Positions 56,469 through 64,000 of a stretch of DNA of 64,000 nt are shown here, in pieces. Every line of letters starts with the position of its first letter. The first letter of the stretch is position 1. This DNA comes from Betaproteobacteria bacterium (GTDB lineage: Bacteria; Pseudomonadota; Gammaproteobacteria; Burkholderiales; SG8-39), in the NCBI GenBank assembly GCA_947482825.1, contig CANKMT010000015.1:122-64121 (forward strand), written 5' to 3'. Position numbers and translations under genes: made by a program. Below the pieces are notes generated by a model that was given only the letters and a program-made list of their open reading frames with translations, did no database searches and was not told where the DNA came from.

Positions 56469-57464
56469 TCAGCCCTTGGCGATGCGACCGTAAAGGCGCA
56501 ATCGGGCGATTCCGCCGTCTGGAAAGATGCTGACCCGCAGGTGCGAGACCGGCCCCAGTGAGGCCAGTTCCGCGGTGAAGTAATGCTGCTTGTCGGCCTG
56601 GAGCTTGGTCTCCGCCAGCAGGAAAGGCCATCCGGCGCTTTGGGTGTCCAGCGCATCGGGTTTCTCGTCGGTCACCAGCGCGGCCTGGATCGCCGTGCGG
56701 TCCGGGTAGTTGCCCTTGAGGTGCCCGGTGTCGAACTCGACTTTCTCGATCGCGCCAGGATGGCCGAGCCTGATGATCACCCAGTCGTTGCCCGGCACGC
56801 GCCGCCGCCGCGTGCCCCAGGTGTCACCCATGTTGACTGCACGTCCCGGGATGTTCATGCGATGCATGCTGCTGAAATGCTGGTCGTTGCAGGCTAGGGC
56901 GCGGCCGCCGTTCTCCAGCGCGAAAAGGTCGATCACCTGGCTGGGATCGCGCTTCGACCAGTCCGGCCGCACTTCGCCAAACACGCGCAGGCGTGCAATG
57001 CCGCCGTCCGGGTAGATGTTGAGCCGCAGGTGGGTGATCGTGCCGTCGTCTGCTATTGGGTAGCGGTGCTGCGAGTCGGGGTTCAGGCCGGTCTTCGGCA
57101 GCATCTCGCGCCAACCCGCGTTTTCGCCGGGGATGTCTTCATCGCTTACGCAGGCGTCGATCGAGGCGAACGGCGGATAGTTGCCGGTGAAAAAACGCGT
57201 GTCGATGTTGAACCCGCGCACCATGCCCGGAATACCGAGCTTGATGATGCAATGGTCGTGGCCGGGCCCGCGCTTGCGGCGGCTCTCCCAGCCGTCCATC
57301 CACTTGCCGTGGTCGTCGTACTTGCCCGGCACGAACACCGGTTCGGCAGGATCGATCAGGCGCTCCTTGGCCGCGAAGAATTCGTCGTTCGCGTACACCA
57401 CGCGCGTGCCGAGGCGCGGCTGCTCCAGGTTGACCCACTGGCTGAAAGGGTTGTCTTCGCTCAT
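56469..57464 (-). CDS. alc: Allantoicase
   Basis: Two repeats: GKWMDGWESRRKR / MGDTWGTRRRR, GNYP, PDGGIARLR. Confidence 0.92.
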   Translation of the reverse strand: MSEDNPFSQWVNLEQPRLGTRVVYANDEFFAAKERLIDPAEPVFVPGKYDDHGKWMDGWESRRKRGPGHDHCIIKLGIPGMVRGFNIDTRFFTGNYPPFASIDACVSDEDIPGENAGWREMLPKTGLNPDSQHRYPIADDGTITHLRLNIYPDGGIARLRVFGEVRPDWSKRDPSQVIDLFALENGGRALACNDQHFSSMHRMNIPGRAVNMGDTWGTRRRRVPGNDWVIIRLGHPGAIEKVEFDTGHLKGNYPDRTAIQAALVTDEKPDALDTQSAGWPFLLAETKLQADKQHYFTAELASLGPVSHLRVSIFPDGGIARLRLYGRIAKG

Positions 57465-57477
57465 TGGTCGATGCGCA

Positions 57478-58440
57478 TCAGTCGAGGCTGATCTTTGCTT
57501 TGCGCACGGCCGCGGCGTATTTCAGGATGTCCGAGCGCCAGACGGTATTGAACTGCTCCGGGGTCATCGGCGGGGGCTCCAGGCCGCGCGAGATCATCAG
57601 CTCGCGCACGTCGGGCAGGTTGAGCACCTTGACGACCTCGGCGTTGATCCGGTTGACGATGTCCTTTGGCGTCGCCGACGGCGCGAACAGGCCGAACCAG
57701 GCGAGCACCTCGAAGCCGGGCAGGGTCTCGTCGAGGGTAGGCACATCGGGCAGCACCGGGTCGCGCTTGAGCGAAGTCACCGCGATCGGCTTGAGCCGGC
57801 CCGCCTTGATGTTCGGCACCGCGCCGGAGATGTTCTCGAACAGGACCTGCACTTCGCCGCCGATCACCGCCATCATTGCCGGCGCGCTGCCTTTGTACGG
57901 CACGTGCAGGAGGTCGATGCCGGCCGCGTCCTTGAACATTTCGCCGACAATGTTCAGCGAGGTGCCTTCGCCGGTCGAAGCGTACGCAAGCTTGCCGGGA
58001 TAGAGCCTCGCGTAGGCGATCAGGTCCCTGACGTTCGACACCGGGACGGAAGGGTGGACCGCGACGAGGTTCGCGGTGCTGCCGAGCATCGTGATCGCGG
58101 TGAAGTCGCGCAGCACGTCGTAGGGCAGCTTCTTGAACACGCTGGGATTGATCGCGTGCGTGGAACTCGGCCCGAGCGACAGCGTGTAGCCGTCGGGCGC
58201 GGCGGTTGCGACGAAGCGCGTGCCGATCTGGCCGTTGGCGCCCGGCTTGTTGTCGGCGATAGTTTTCCAGCCTGCCGTTTCGCCGAGCTTCTGGCCGACC
58301 AGGCGCGCGACGAAATCCGCGGTGCCGCCGGGCGGGAAGGGGTTCACGATCGTGATCGGCTTGGACGGGTAGGTTTGCGCTTGCGCAGTCGCGGCGCAGA
58401 AAGCGAGCAGGAGTGCCGCCACGCCGGTTGAAATTCGCAT
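57478..58440 (-). CDS. Bug/TctC-family receptor
   Basis: AQTYPSKPI..PFPPGGTAD, VPYKGSAPA. Confidence 0.92.
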   Translation of the reverse strand: MRISTGVAALLLAFCAATAQAQTYPSKPITIVNPFPPGGTADFVARLVGQKLGETAGWKTIADNKPGANGQIGTRFVATAAPDGYTLSLGPSSTHAINPSVFKKLPYDVLRDFTAITMLGSTANLVAVHPSVPVSNVRDLIAYARLYPGKLAYASTGEGTSLNIVGEMFKDAAGIDLLHVPYKGSAPAMMAVIGGEVQVLFENISGAVPNIKAGRLKPIAVTSLKRDPVLPDVPTLDETLPGFEVLAWFGLFAPSATPKDIVNRINAEVVKVLNLPDVRELMISRGLEPPPMTPEQFNTVWRSDILKYAAAVRKAKISLD

Positions 58441-58566
58441 CAATGATTTCCCTCGGAACATCGGGGCATGGTGACGCCGCACCCCTATCGCGTCAAGCGC
58501 GCGCGATCGCAACTTCTCAGAGGGTCCTCGATTGACGCTCTCTTGCGCGCCACGTATCGTTCCGCG

Positions 58567-59244
58567 ATGGAAAAGATCCTTGTCGTCAACCCGAATTCCC
58601 TCGAGGAAATGACGCGTGACATCGACGCCGCCGTCGAGCCTCTGCGCATCTCGGGCGGGCCGCTGATCGAATGCGTAACCGTTGCCGACGGCCCGCCGGG
58701 CATCGAGACCCAGCAGCAGATGGACGCTTCGATCGGCCCGCTGGTGGCTCTTGCGCGTGCGCGGGAGAAGGACTGCTCGGCCTTCGTGATCGCCTGCTAT
58801 AGCGATCCCGGCATGCAGTCGATGCGGGAGGCGACGAAGAAGCCGGTGCTCGGGATCGCGGAGAGCGGCATCCTCACGGCGCTCACGCTGGGCCAGAGAT
58901 TCGGTGTGATAGCAATGTCGCATCGCTCGCCGCCGCGGCAACTGCGCTATATCGGGGCCCTTGGCGTCACGTCACGACTGGCGCGCATCCTTCCTCTCGA
59001 TCTTGGCGTGGCGGAACTGCTGGATGAAAAACGCACGTTCGGCCGCCTCGTGGAAGTCGGAAAGGCACTCCGAACCGACCATGGCGCCGACGTTGTCGTC
59101 ATGGCCTGCGCGGGCATGTCGCCGTACCGCAAGCGGCTGCAGGACGCGATCGGCGTTCCTGTTGTCGAGCCGACCCAGGCGGCGGTTGGCCTGGCGCTGG
59201 CACGCGTTCGGCTGAATTGGGAAGGCGTGCCGGCCCTCGATTGA
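58567..59244 (+). CDS. Hydantoin/allantoin racemase (Asp/Glu racemase family)
   Basis: ILVVNPNS, IACYSDPG and MACAGM (two catalytic Cys). Confidence 0.88.
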   Translation: MEKILVVNPNSLEEMTRDIDAAVEPLRISGGPLIECVTVADGPPGIETQQQMDASIGPLVALARAREKDCSAFVIACYSDPGMQSMREATKKPVLGIAESGILTALTLGQRFGVIAMSHRSPPRQLRYIGALGVTSRLARILPLDLGVAELLDEKRTFGRLVEVGKALRTDHGADVVVMACAGMSPYRKRLQDAIGVPVVEPTQAAVGLALARVRLNWEGVPALD

Positions 59245-59254
59245 CGCGGCCTGG

Positions 59255-60253
59255 CTAGGGTCTGGTCATTGCTCCCGGGCCGTAACCCGAATTCTCGACC
59301 ATGAACCGCAGGATTTCGCGACCGAGCACTTCTTCTCCCGTATTGAAGTGCATGGCCATCGAGCTGTGGTTGTGCAGTGCCATGCGCAGGAACCGCGGCG
59401 CCTTGCGGTTCTTCATCGCCACGCGCCAGAAAAATTCGGCACCGTAGAGATCGAGCAGCGGATTCTCGAATTCGGCGATCGCGAGCATGACCGGGTGCCG
59501 GCAGAGGTGGGCATGGGTCACCGGCGAGCGGACTTCGTACAGCGACTCGTCTTCCCCGAAGTACGCTCGCACACCGCGCGCGTTCGGGTTCTCGGGCGAA
59601 GCGTCAATGCGCAGGCGCCCGCTGATGAGGACCATCCCGCAGAGTTCGGCCCCTGGTTTGGCCGCAATGTTCGGATCTATCGCATAACCCGCGATGTGCG
59701 TCGCGCCGGCCGAATGGCCCACCAGGAAGACCTTCCCCGGGTCGCCGCCATGGCTTGCGGCATTCTGCTTGACCCACTCCACGGCTGCGGCAAGGTCTTC
59801 CGCGCCAGCCGGGAAAGGCGCCTCCGGGGCGAGCCGGTATTCGATGTTGATCCCGAGGCAGCCCTGGCGCGCGAACCAGTACGTGACATTGTCGTAAATG
59901 CCATCCGGTACGCTCTTGCTTCCGCGCAGGAAGGCGCCCCCATGCACGAACACCACGACCGGGGCTCGCTCGGCGCCGTCCGGGCGAAACACGTCGAGGC
60001 GGTGGCGCTCGTGCGGGCCGTAGGCGTGCTCCCGCGATACGGTGACGCCTTCTTTGGGCGAATTCGCGAGCAGCGGCGCATAGGCGTCGAGCACCATGTC
60101 GCGGTATTTCTGGATGTCGGTGCCCCACTTCGGGCCGATTTCGGCCATCAGGGCCCGCTCCGCGTCCGGCAACGCGGCCATGGGACGGTCACCGCTGTGC
60201 GAGGAAAGGAACCGGGTGATCCTGGCCCAGTCGGCCGGCAATGCTTCGCTCAT
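59255..60253 (-). CDS. Alpha/beta hydrolase (HSL/arylformamidase-like)
   Basis: HGGAF, YRLAPE, GHSAG, HNH. Confidence 0.85.
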   Translation of the reverse strand: MSEALPADWARITRFLSSHSGDRPMAALPDAERALMAEIGPKWGTDIQKYRDMVLDAYAPLLANSPKEGVTVSREHAYGPHERHRLDVFRPDGAERAPVVVFVHGGAFLRGSKSVPDGIYDNVTYWFARQGCLGINIEYRLAPEAPFPAGAEDLAAAVEWVKQNAASHGGDPGKVFLVGHSAGATHIAGYAIDPNIAAKPGAELCGMVLISGRLRIDASPENPNARGVRAYFGEDESLYEVRSPVTHAHLCRHPVMLAIAEFENPLLDLYGAEFFWRVAMKNRKAPRFLRMALHNHSSMAMHFNTGEEVLGREILRFMVENSGYGPGAMTRP

Positions 60254-60349
60254 CGTTTCTTCATCTCCGTTGTTTCGACAGACGGCACAGGGGACTTTGA
60301 TCGTTGCGATAGTATAGGTGCACACCCAACACGCACAGGGGAGCACGCA

Positions 60350-60883
60350 ATGGCGAACGCAGTGGCCCGTCACGAAATTGATCCGAACGTCGTCGGGCTG
60401 TCGCTCAACGACATCGCGGCGAAGTACACCGCCCGATTCAAAGAGCGCCCGGCAAACTGGAATGCGTATGCGGACGCGGCGTTCGAAGGTTGGAAGCGCG
60501 CGCGCTACCAGTTCATCGGGAATACCAACGGGGGTACCGAGACCGGCGTGATCCCCCAGGGCGGCCTGACGTTGAGCATCATGGAAGTGCCGCCGGGGCA
60601 GGGGAATGCGGCCCATACGCACGAAGTCGAGGAAGTGTTCTTCGTCCTCAAGGGGCAGCTCACGGTGTTCTTCGAAACCGAGGACGGCGAGCGCCTCGAG
60701 ACGCTGCTGAACGAGTGGGACTGCGCTTCCTGCCCCAGGGGCGTGATCCATGGTTACCAGAACAACACGAAGGAAACGATTTTCATGCAGGTCATGCTCG
60801 GCAAGAGCGGCAAGACCGAACTGCTGGGCTACGCCGACCCGAAGCTGTTCGAGCATCGCGGTGCGCACCTGAAGCAGGCCTGA
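60350..60883 (+). CDS. Cupin-domain protein
   Basis: PPGQGNAAHTHEVEEVFFVLKG...CPRGVIHG; GGGAG RBS. Confidence 0.85.
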   Translation: MANAVARHEIDPNVVGLSLNDIAAKYTARFKERPANWNAYADAAFEGWKRARYQFIGNTNGGTETGVIPQGGLTLSIMEVPPGQGNAAHTHEVEEVFFVLKGQLTVFFETEDGERLETLLNEWDCASCPRGVIHGYQNNTKETIFMQVMLGKSGKTELLGYADPKLFEHRGAHLKQA

Positions 60884-60896
60884 GGGGGAAGCCCAA

Positions 60897-61892
60897 TTGA
60901 AGAACCTTTCCCGCTTGCTGCCGCATTTTCTGGCGCCGCTGGTGCTTGGCATCGCCTGCGCCGTCGGCGCATCGCCCGCGTTCGCGCAGGCGTATCCGTC
61001 CAAGACGATCCGGTTCATCGTGCCGTTTCCCGCAGGCGGGGGCACCGACTTCGTGGCGCGCACCCTCGCGACCCGGCTCTCGACTGTGTTCGGCCAGTCG
61101 ATCGTCACTGACAATCGTCCCGGTGCGGCCGGCATGATCGGGGTCGAGGCGGCGGCACGCTCGCCGGCCGACGGCTACACGGTCCTGATCGCGGGCGTCG
61201 GGGAATTGACTATCAACCCGGGCATCTATCGCAAGATCACCTACGACACGAACAAGGACTTCCAGGCGGTCAGCGTGCTCGCGAAGAATCCGTTCCTGCT
61301 CGTCGTCAACCCGAAGCTCTTGCCGGTGACCGACGTGCAAGGCTTCATCCGCTTCGCCAAGGCGAATCCGGGGAAGATCAACTACGCGTCGTTCGGCGCC
61401 GGGAGCATCGCACATGTGATCGCCGAAGCCTTCGCGCAGCGCGCCGATATCAAGCTCACGCACGTGCCATACAAAGGCGCAGCCCCGGCCGTGCAGGACC
61501 TGGTGGGCGGGCAGGTTGCGGCGATGTTCGTGGACTTCGGCGCGGCCAAAGGGCACATCGGCGCCGGCACTCTGCGCGCCCTCGCCGTTTCGACCAAGGA
61601 GCGGCACCCGGCGTTGCCTTCGGTCCCCACGGTGGCCGAGTCAGGCCTGGAGAATTTCGAGGCGTTTTCTTGGATCGGGAGCATGGTGCCCGCGGGGACG
61701 CCGAAGGAAATCGTCTCCCGCCTGAACGCCGAGATCGTCAAGTCCGTCGCCTCGCCCGAGATGCAAAAGCAGTTCTCCGACTACGGCGTCCTGCCGATGA
61801 CGAACACGCCCGAGCAGCACGCGCAATTCGTGAAGCAGGAAATCGAGCGCTGGGGCGGCATCGTCAAGACTCTGGGGTTGTCGCTGGATTAG
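60897..61892 (+). CDS. Bug/TctC-family receptor
   Basis: AQAYPSKTIRFIVPFPAGGGTD, VPYKGAAPA. Confidence 0.92.
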   Translation: MKNLSRLLPHFLAPLVLGIACAVGASPAFAQAYPSKTIRFIVPFPAGGGTDFVARTLATRLSTVFGQSIVTDNRPGAAGMIGVEAAARSPADGYTVLIAGVGELTINPGIYRKITYDTNKDFQAVSVLAKNPFLLVVNPKLLPVTDVQGFIRFAKANPGKINYASFGAGSIAHVIAEAFAQRADIKLTHVPYKGAAPAVQDLVGGQVAAMFVDFGAAKGHIGAGTLRALAVSTKERHPALPSVPTVAESGLENFEAFSWIGSMVPAGTPKEIVSRLNAEIVKSVASPEMQKQFSDYGVLPMTNTPEQHAQFVKQEIERWGGIVKTLGLSLD

Positions 61893-61899
61893 CCATTGA

Positions 61900-62328
61900 T
61901 CAGGCGACCGTTGCCTGCCATGGATCGACCACTGGCACGTTCAGGTCGCGGAAATGGCGCACGTTTCGCGTCGCGAGCGTCGCGCGCCGCGCAAGAGCGA
62001 TACCCGCGATCTGCGTATCGCGCATGTCGACCGGCCGCCCGCGCTTTTGCCGGTCGGCCGCAAGCAACGCCGCCTCGTCTGCCGCCGCGCCGTCGAAATC
62101 GAGAACGCGGTCTTCCAGGTCGTCCTTGAGTAGGCGCTCGAAGGCGGCTTCCAGCGCCTTCATGCGCCTGCCTTTGGGGAGCAGGGCCAGGCCGAAGCGG
62201 GCTTCGAACAGCGTCACGCTCGTGATCCAGACCGATTCGGCCGGCTGCCGGTCGAGCCATGCCACCACCGGCGCTTCGGGCTTCTGGCGCATCAACGCCG
62301 AAAGTACGTTGGTATCGAGAACGATCAC
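61900..62328 (-). CDS. FitB/VapC PIN toxin
   Basis: MIVLDTNVLS, DTQIAGIA, LATRNVRHF, VDPW. Confidence 0.92.
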   Translation of the reverse strand: MIVLDTNVLSALMRQKPEAPVVAWLDRQPAESVWITSVTLFEARFGLALLPKGRRMKALEAAFERLLKDDLEDRVLDFDGAAADEAALLAADRQKRGRPVDMRDTQIAGIALARRATLATRNVRHFRDLNVPVVDPWQATVA

Positions 62329-62573
62329 TCGTCAAAATCCGCGGAGCGCGCCGGCTGGCCGTGCAATTCCGGCAGGTCCGCTGTCAGGCCGATCTTTGCG
62401 AACCGCGCCGCGATGCGCGAACCCAGCCTGGGCGCCGGCCGGTTCGACTGCTTGAGGGCGTTGCGAAGAATGTGCCTCGCCTCTTCCTCCATGCTGCGCC
62501 CGTAGCGCTCGGCCCGCCGCTTGAGGCGCTGCTTTACGTCTTCTTCCAGGTCGCGGACGATGAATTGGGCCAT
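62325..62573 (-). CDS. FitA-like RHH antitoxin (plasmid stability protein)
   Basis: VRDLEEDVKQRLKRRA...GRSMEEEARHIL; upstream palindrome GATATCATGATATC at 62602-62615. Confidence 0.9.
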   Translation of the reverse strand: MAQFIVRDLEEDVKQRLKRRAERYGRSMEEEARHILRNALKQSNRPAPRLGSRIAARFAKIGLTADLPELHGQPARSADFDE

Positions 62574-62761
62574 GGCCGGCCTCCGGGAGCTTGATCAATT
62601 CGATATCATGATATCAAATCTTACTGGCCGGCGGCGGGCCGCACGTCGAGGTTGGCGGCGCGAAGGGCGCTCCCGCACTGGCGGACCGGCCCGGCCGGCA
62701 GCGGGCGCGTTTTTCCTGGCGCTTTTGTCACCCGCCCGCTTCGGCTATAATCCGCCCCCTC

Positions 62762-62838
62762 GCGCCCATAGCTCAGCTGGATAGAGTACTTGGCTACGAA
62801 CCAAGGGGTCGGGAGTTCGAATCTCTCTGGGCGCGCCA
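62762..62838 (+). tRNA. tRNA-Arg (ACG)
   Basis: 77 nt; acceptor stem GCGCCCA/TGGGCGC, anticodon arm CTTGG-CT-ACG-AA-CCAAG, TTCGAAT T-loop, encoded CCA; TATAAT at 62746. Confidence 0.97.
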
Positions 62839-62859
62839 GTTTTCACAGGCAGGGATGTC

Positions 62860-63105
62860 ATGACCATTGACTATCAACCCTATATCGTTCGCGATCCCGC
62901 CATCTGTGGCGGTGTGCCGGTGGTCAAGGGCACTCGCGTTACCGTCCGCACCATCCTCGCGAGCCTCGCCGAGGGTATGAGCGTAGAAGAGATCGTCAGG
63001 GATTTCCCAACGCTCGATGTGCCCGCGGTACGCGCGGTCATCGCTTTCGCAGCGGTCTCCGCAGAGGAAGATTTGCCGGTTCCGCCTGCCCCGCTGCTTG
63101 CGTGA
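62860..63105 (+). CDS. DUF433-family antitoxin
   Basis: DPAICGGVPVVKGTRVTV..IL..LA.G.S.EEI..DFP.L. Confidence 0.9.
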   Translation: MTIDYQPYIVRDPAICGGVPVVKGTRVTVRTILASLAEGMSVEEIVRDFPTLDVPAVRAVIAFAAVSAEEDLPVPPAPLLA

Positions 63106-63458
63106 AGGTCAAACTCGACGAGAACATTCCTGAACGGCTGGCCGCTGTCCTGCAAAGTGCGGGACACGATGTAGACACGGTCGCCTCGGAAGGTTTGAAG
63201 GGTAAGCCGGATGGCGATGTCTGGCATGCCGCCCAGCGCGAAGAGCGGTTCCTGATCACCCAAGACCTCGATTTTTCTGATCTGCGCGAGTTCAAGCCTG
63301 GGGGTCACATGGGGATTCTGCTCGTGCGCTTGCGCGAGCCCGGAGCTGATGCGCTAGTGACCCGAATCAGTGACGTCGTTCGCGATGAGGGTCTCGAGTC
63401 GTTTTCACGGTGTTTCGTCGTGCTTACGGACCGTAAGTTGCGCATACGGCGGCCGTAG
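63102..63458 (+). CDS. DUF5615 PIN-like toxin
   Basis: KLDENIP, GHDV, LITQDLDF; GTGA overlap with DUF433. Confidence 0.88.
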   Translation: MKVKLDENIPERLAAVLQSAGHDVDTVASEGLKGKPDGDVWHAAQREERFLITQDLDFSDLREFKPGGHMGILLVRLREPGADALVTRISDVVRDEGLESFSRCFVVLTDRKLRIRRP

Positions 63459-63579
63459 GCAGAGATACCGTTTCCGCATTCAATAAGATTTCCCGATGTG
63501 TAGCCTTAGGCAGTTGATTCCTACAAATTGACCAACACGGCCTGCAACGGCTACTGACCCTCACCGAAAGAAGGAACTC

Positions 63580-64000
63580 ATGGACAAGATCGGATTCATC
63601 GGCCTCGGCCGGATGGGCAAGGGGATGGCGGCGAACCTGCGCAAGAAGGGCTTCGAGTTGATGGTGCTCGACATCAATGCCGCTCCGGTGGCGGAACTGG
63701 TCGCGTCAGGCGCTTCGGATGGCCAGAGTGTGGCGAAGGTCGCGCGCGAGTGCGGCGTGGTGATTACGATGCTTCCGAGCGCAGTCGAAGTAGAGCAGGT
63801 GGCGATGGGCGCCGACGGCATCTTCGCCAACGCCGGCCGAGGCAGCGTGCTGATGGACATGAGCACCATCGACCCCCTCGCGACGGACCGGTTGCAGGCC
63901 GCTGCATCGGCCGCCGGCCTTTCGGTGGTGGACGCGCCGGTCGGCCGGCTGGCCGAACATGCCGACCGTGGCGAATCGCTGTTCATGGTTGGCGCAAGCG
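63580..64000 (+). CDS. Beta-hydroxyacid dehydrogenase family protein (partial, runs off the right edge)
   Basis: MDKIGFIGLGRMG, ITMLP, DMSTIDP, DAPVGR; AAGGA RBS; not in the ORF track because it has no stop. Confidence 0.88.
   Translation, partial: MDKIGFIGLGRMGKGMAANLRKKGFELMVLDINAAPVAELVASGASDGQSVAKVARECGVVITMLPSAVEVEQVAMGADGIFANAGRGSVLMDMSTIDPLATDRLQAAASAAGLSVVDAPVGRLAEHADRGESLFMVGAS

Noticed and set aside
59255-61135. 626-aa ORF suggesting a long hydrolase fusion
   Set aside because: The upstream part is antisense to the cupin and Bug genes; the hydrolase starts at 60253 with a GGAG RBS.
62762-64000. Prophage or genomic island integrated at tRNA-Arg
   Set aside because: No integrase, phage genes or att duplication are visible; metabolic genes resume at 63580.

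Overview
GC-rich bacterial chromosomal segment, probably Betaproteobacteria (inferred from four Bug/TctC solute-receptor genes and the gene content). It is densely packed with accessory catabolic and transport modules. (i) 1-8 kb: an IclR-centred divergent locus with a CoA ligase, an enoyl-CoA hydratase and an internally duplicated PaaA-like di-iron protein on one side, and an SDR, an M29/NicX-fold protein and a TauD-type dioxygenase on the other. (ii) 8-20 kb: GntR, two carboxyltransferases flanking a stand-alone biotin carrier with no biotin carboxylase, a NitT/TauT ABC transporter, an epimerase, an SDR and a TRAP transporter. (iii) 20-28 kb: a toxin-antitoxin hot spot with an IS91-like remnant and a hairpin-forming repeat. 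(iv) 28-43 kb: mixed catabolic genes, including a cupin-hydrolase fusion, a ThDP enzyme, a PLP lyase, a Rieske oxygenase, Fic and an AAA ATPase. (v) 44-62 kb: a Liv-type ABC transporter, PhyH, two desaturase-family genes and a purine/hydantoin cluster (allantoicase, ureidoglycolate lyase, hydantoinase, D-carbamoylase, racemase, HpyO-like monooxygenase). (vi) tRNA-Arg(ACG) flanked by two more TA modules. Four genes carry visible lesions. All product calls come from motif recognition by eye; no database search was run.
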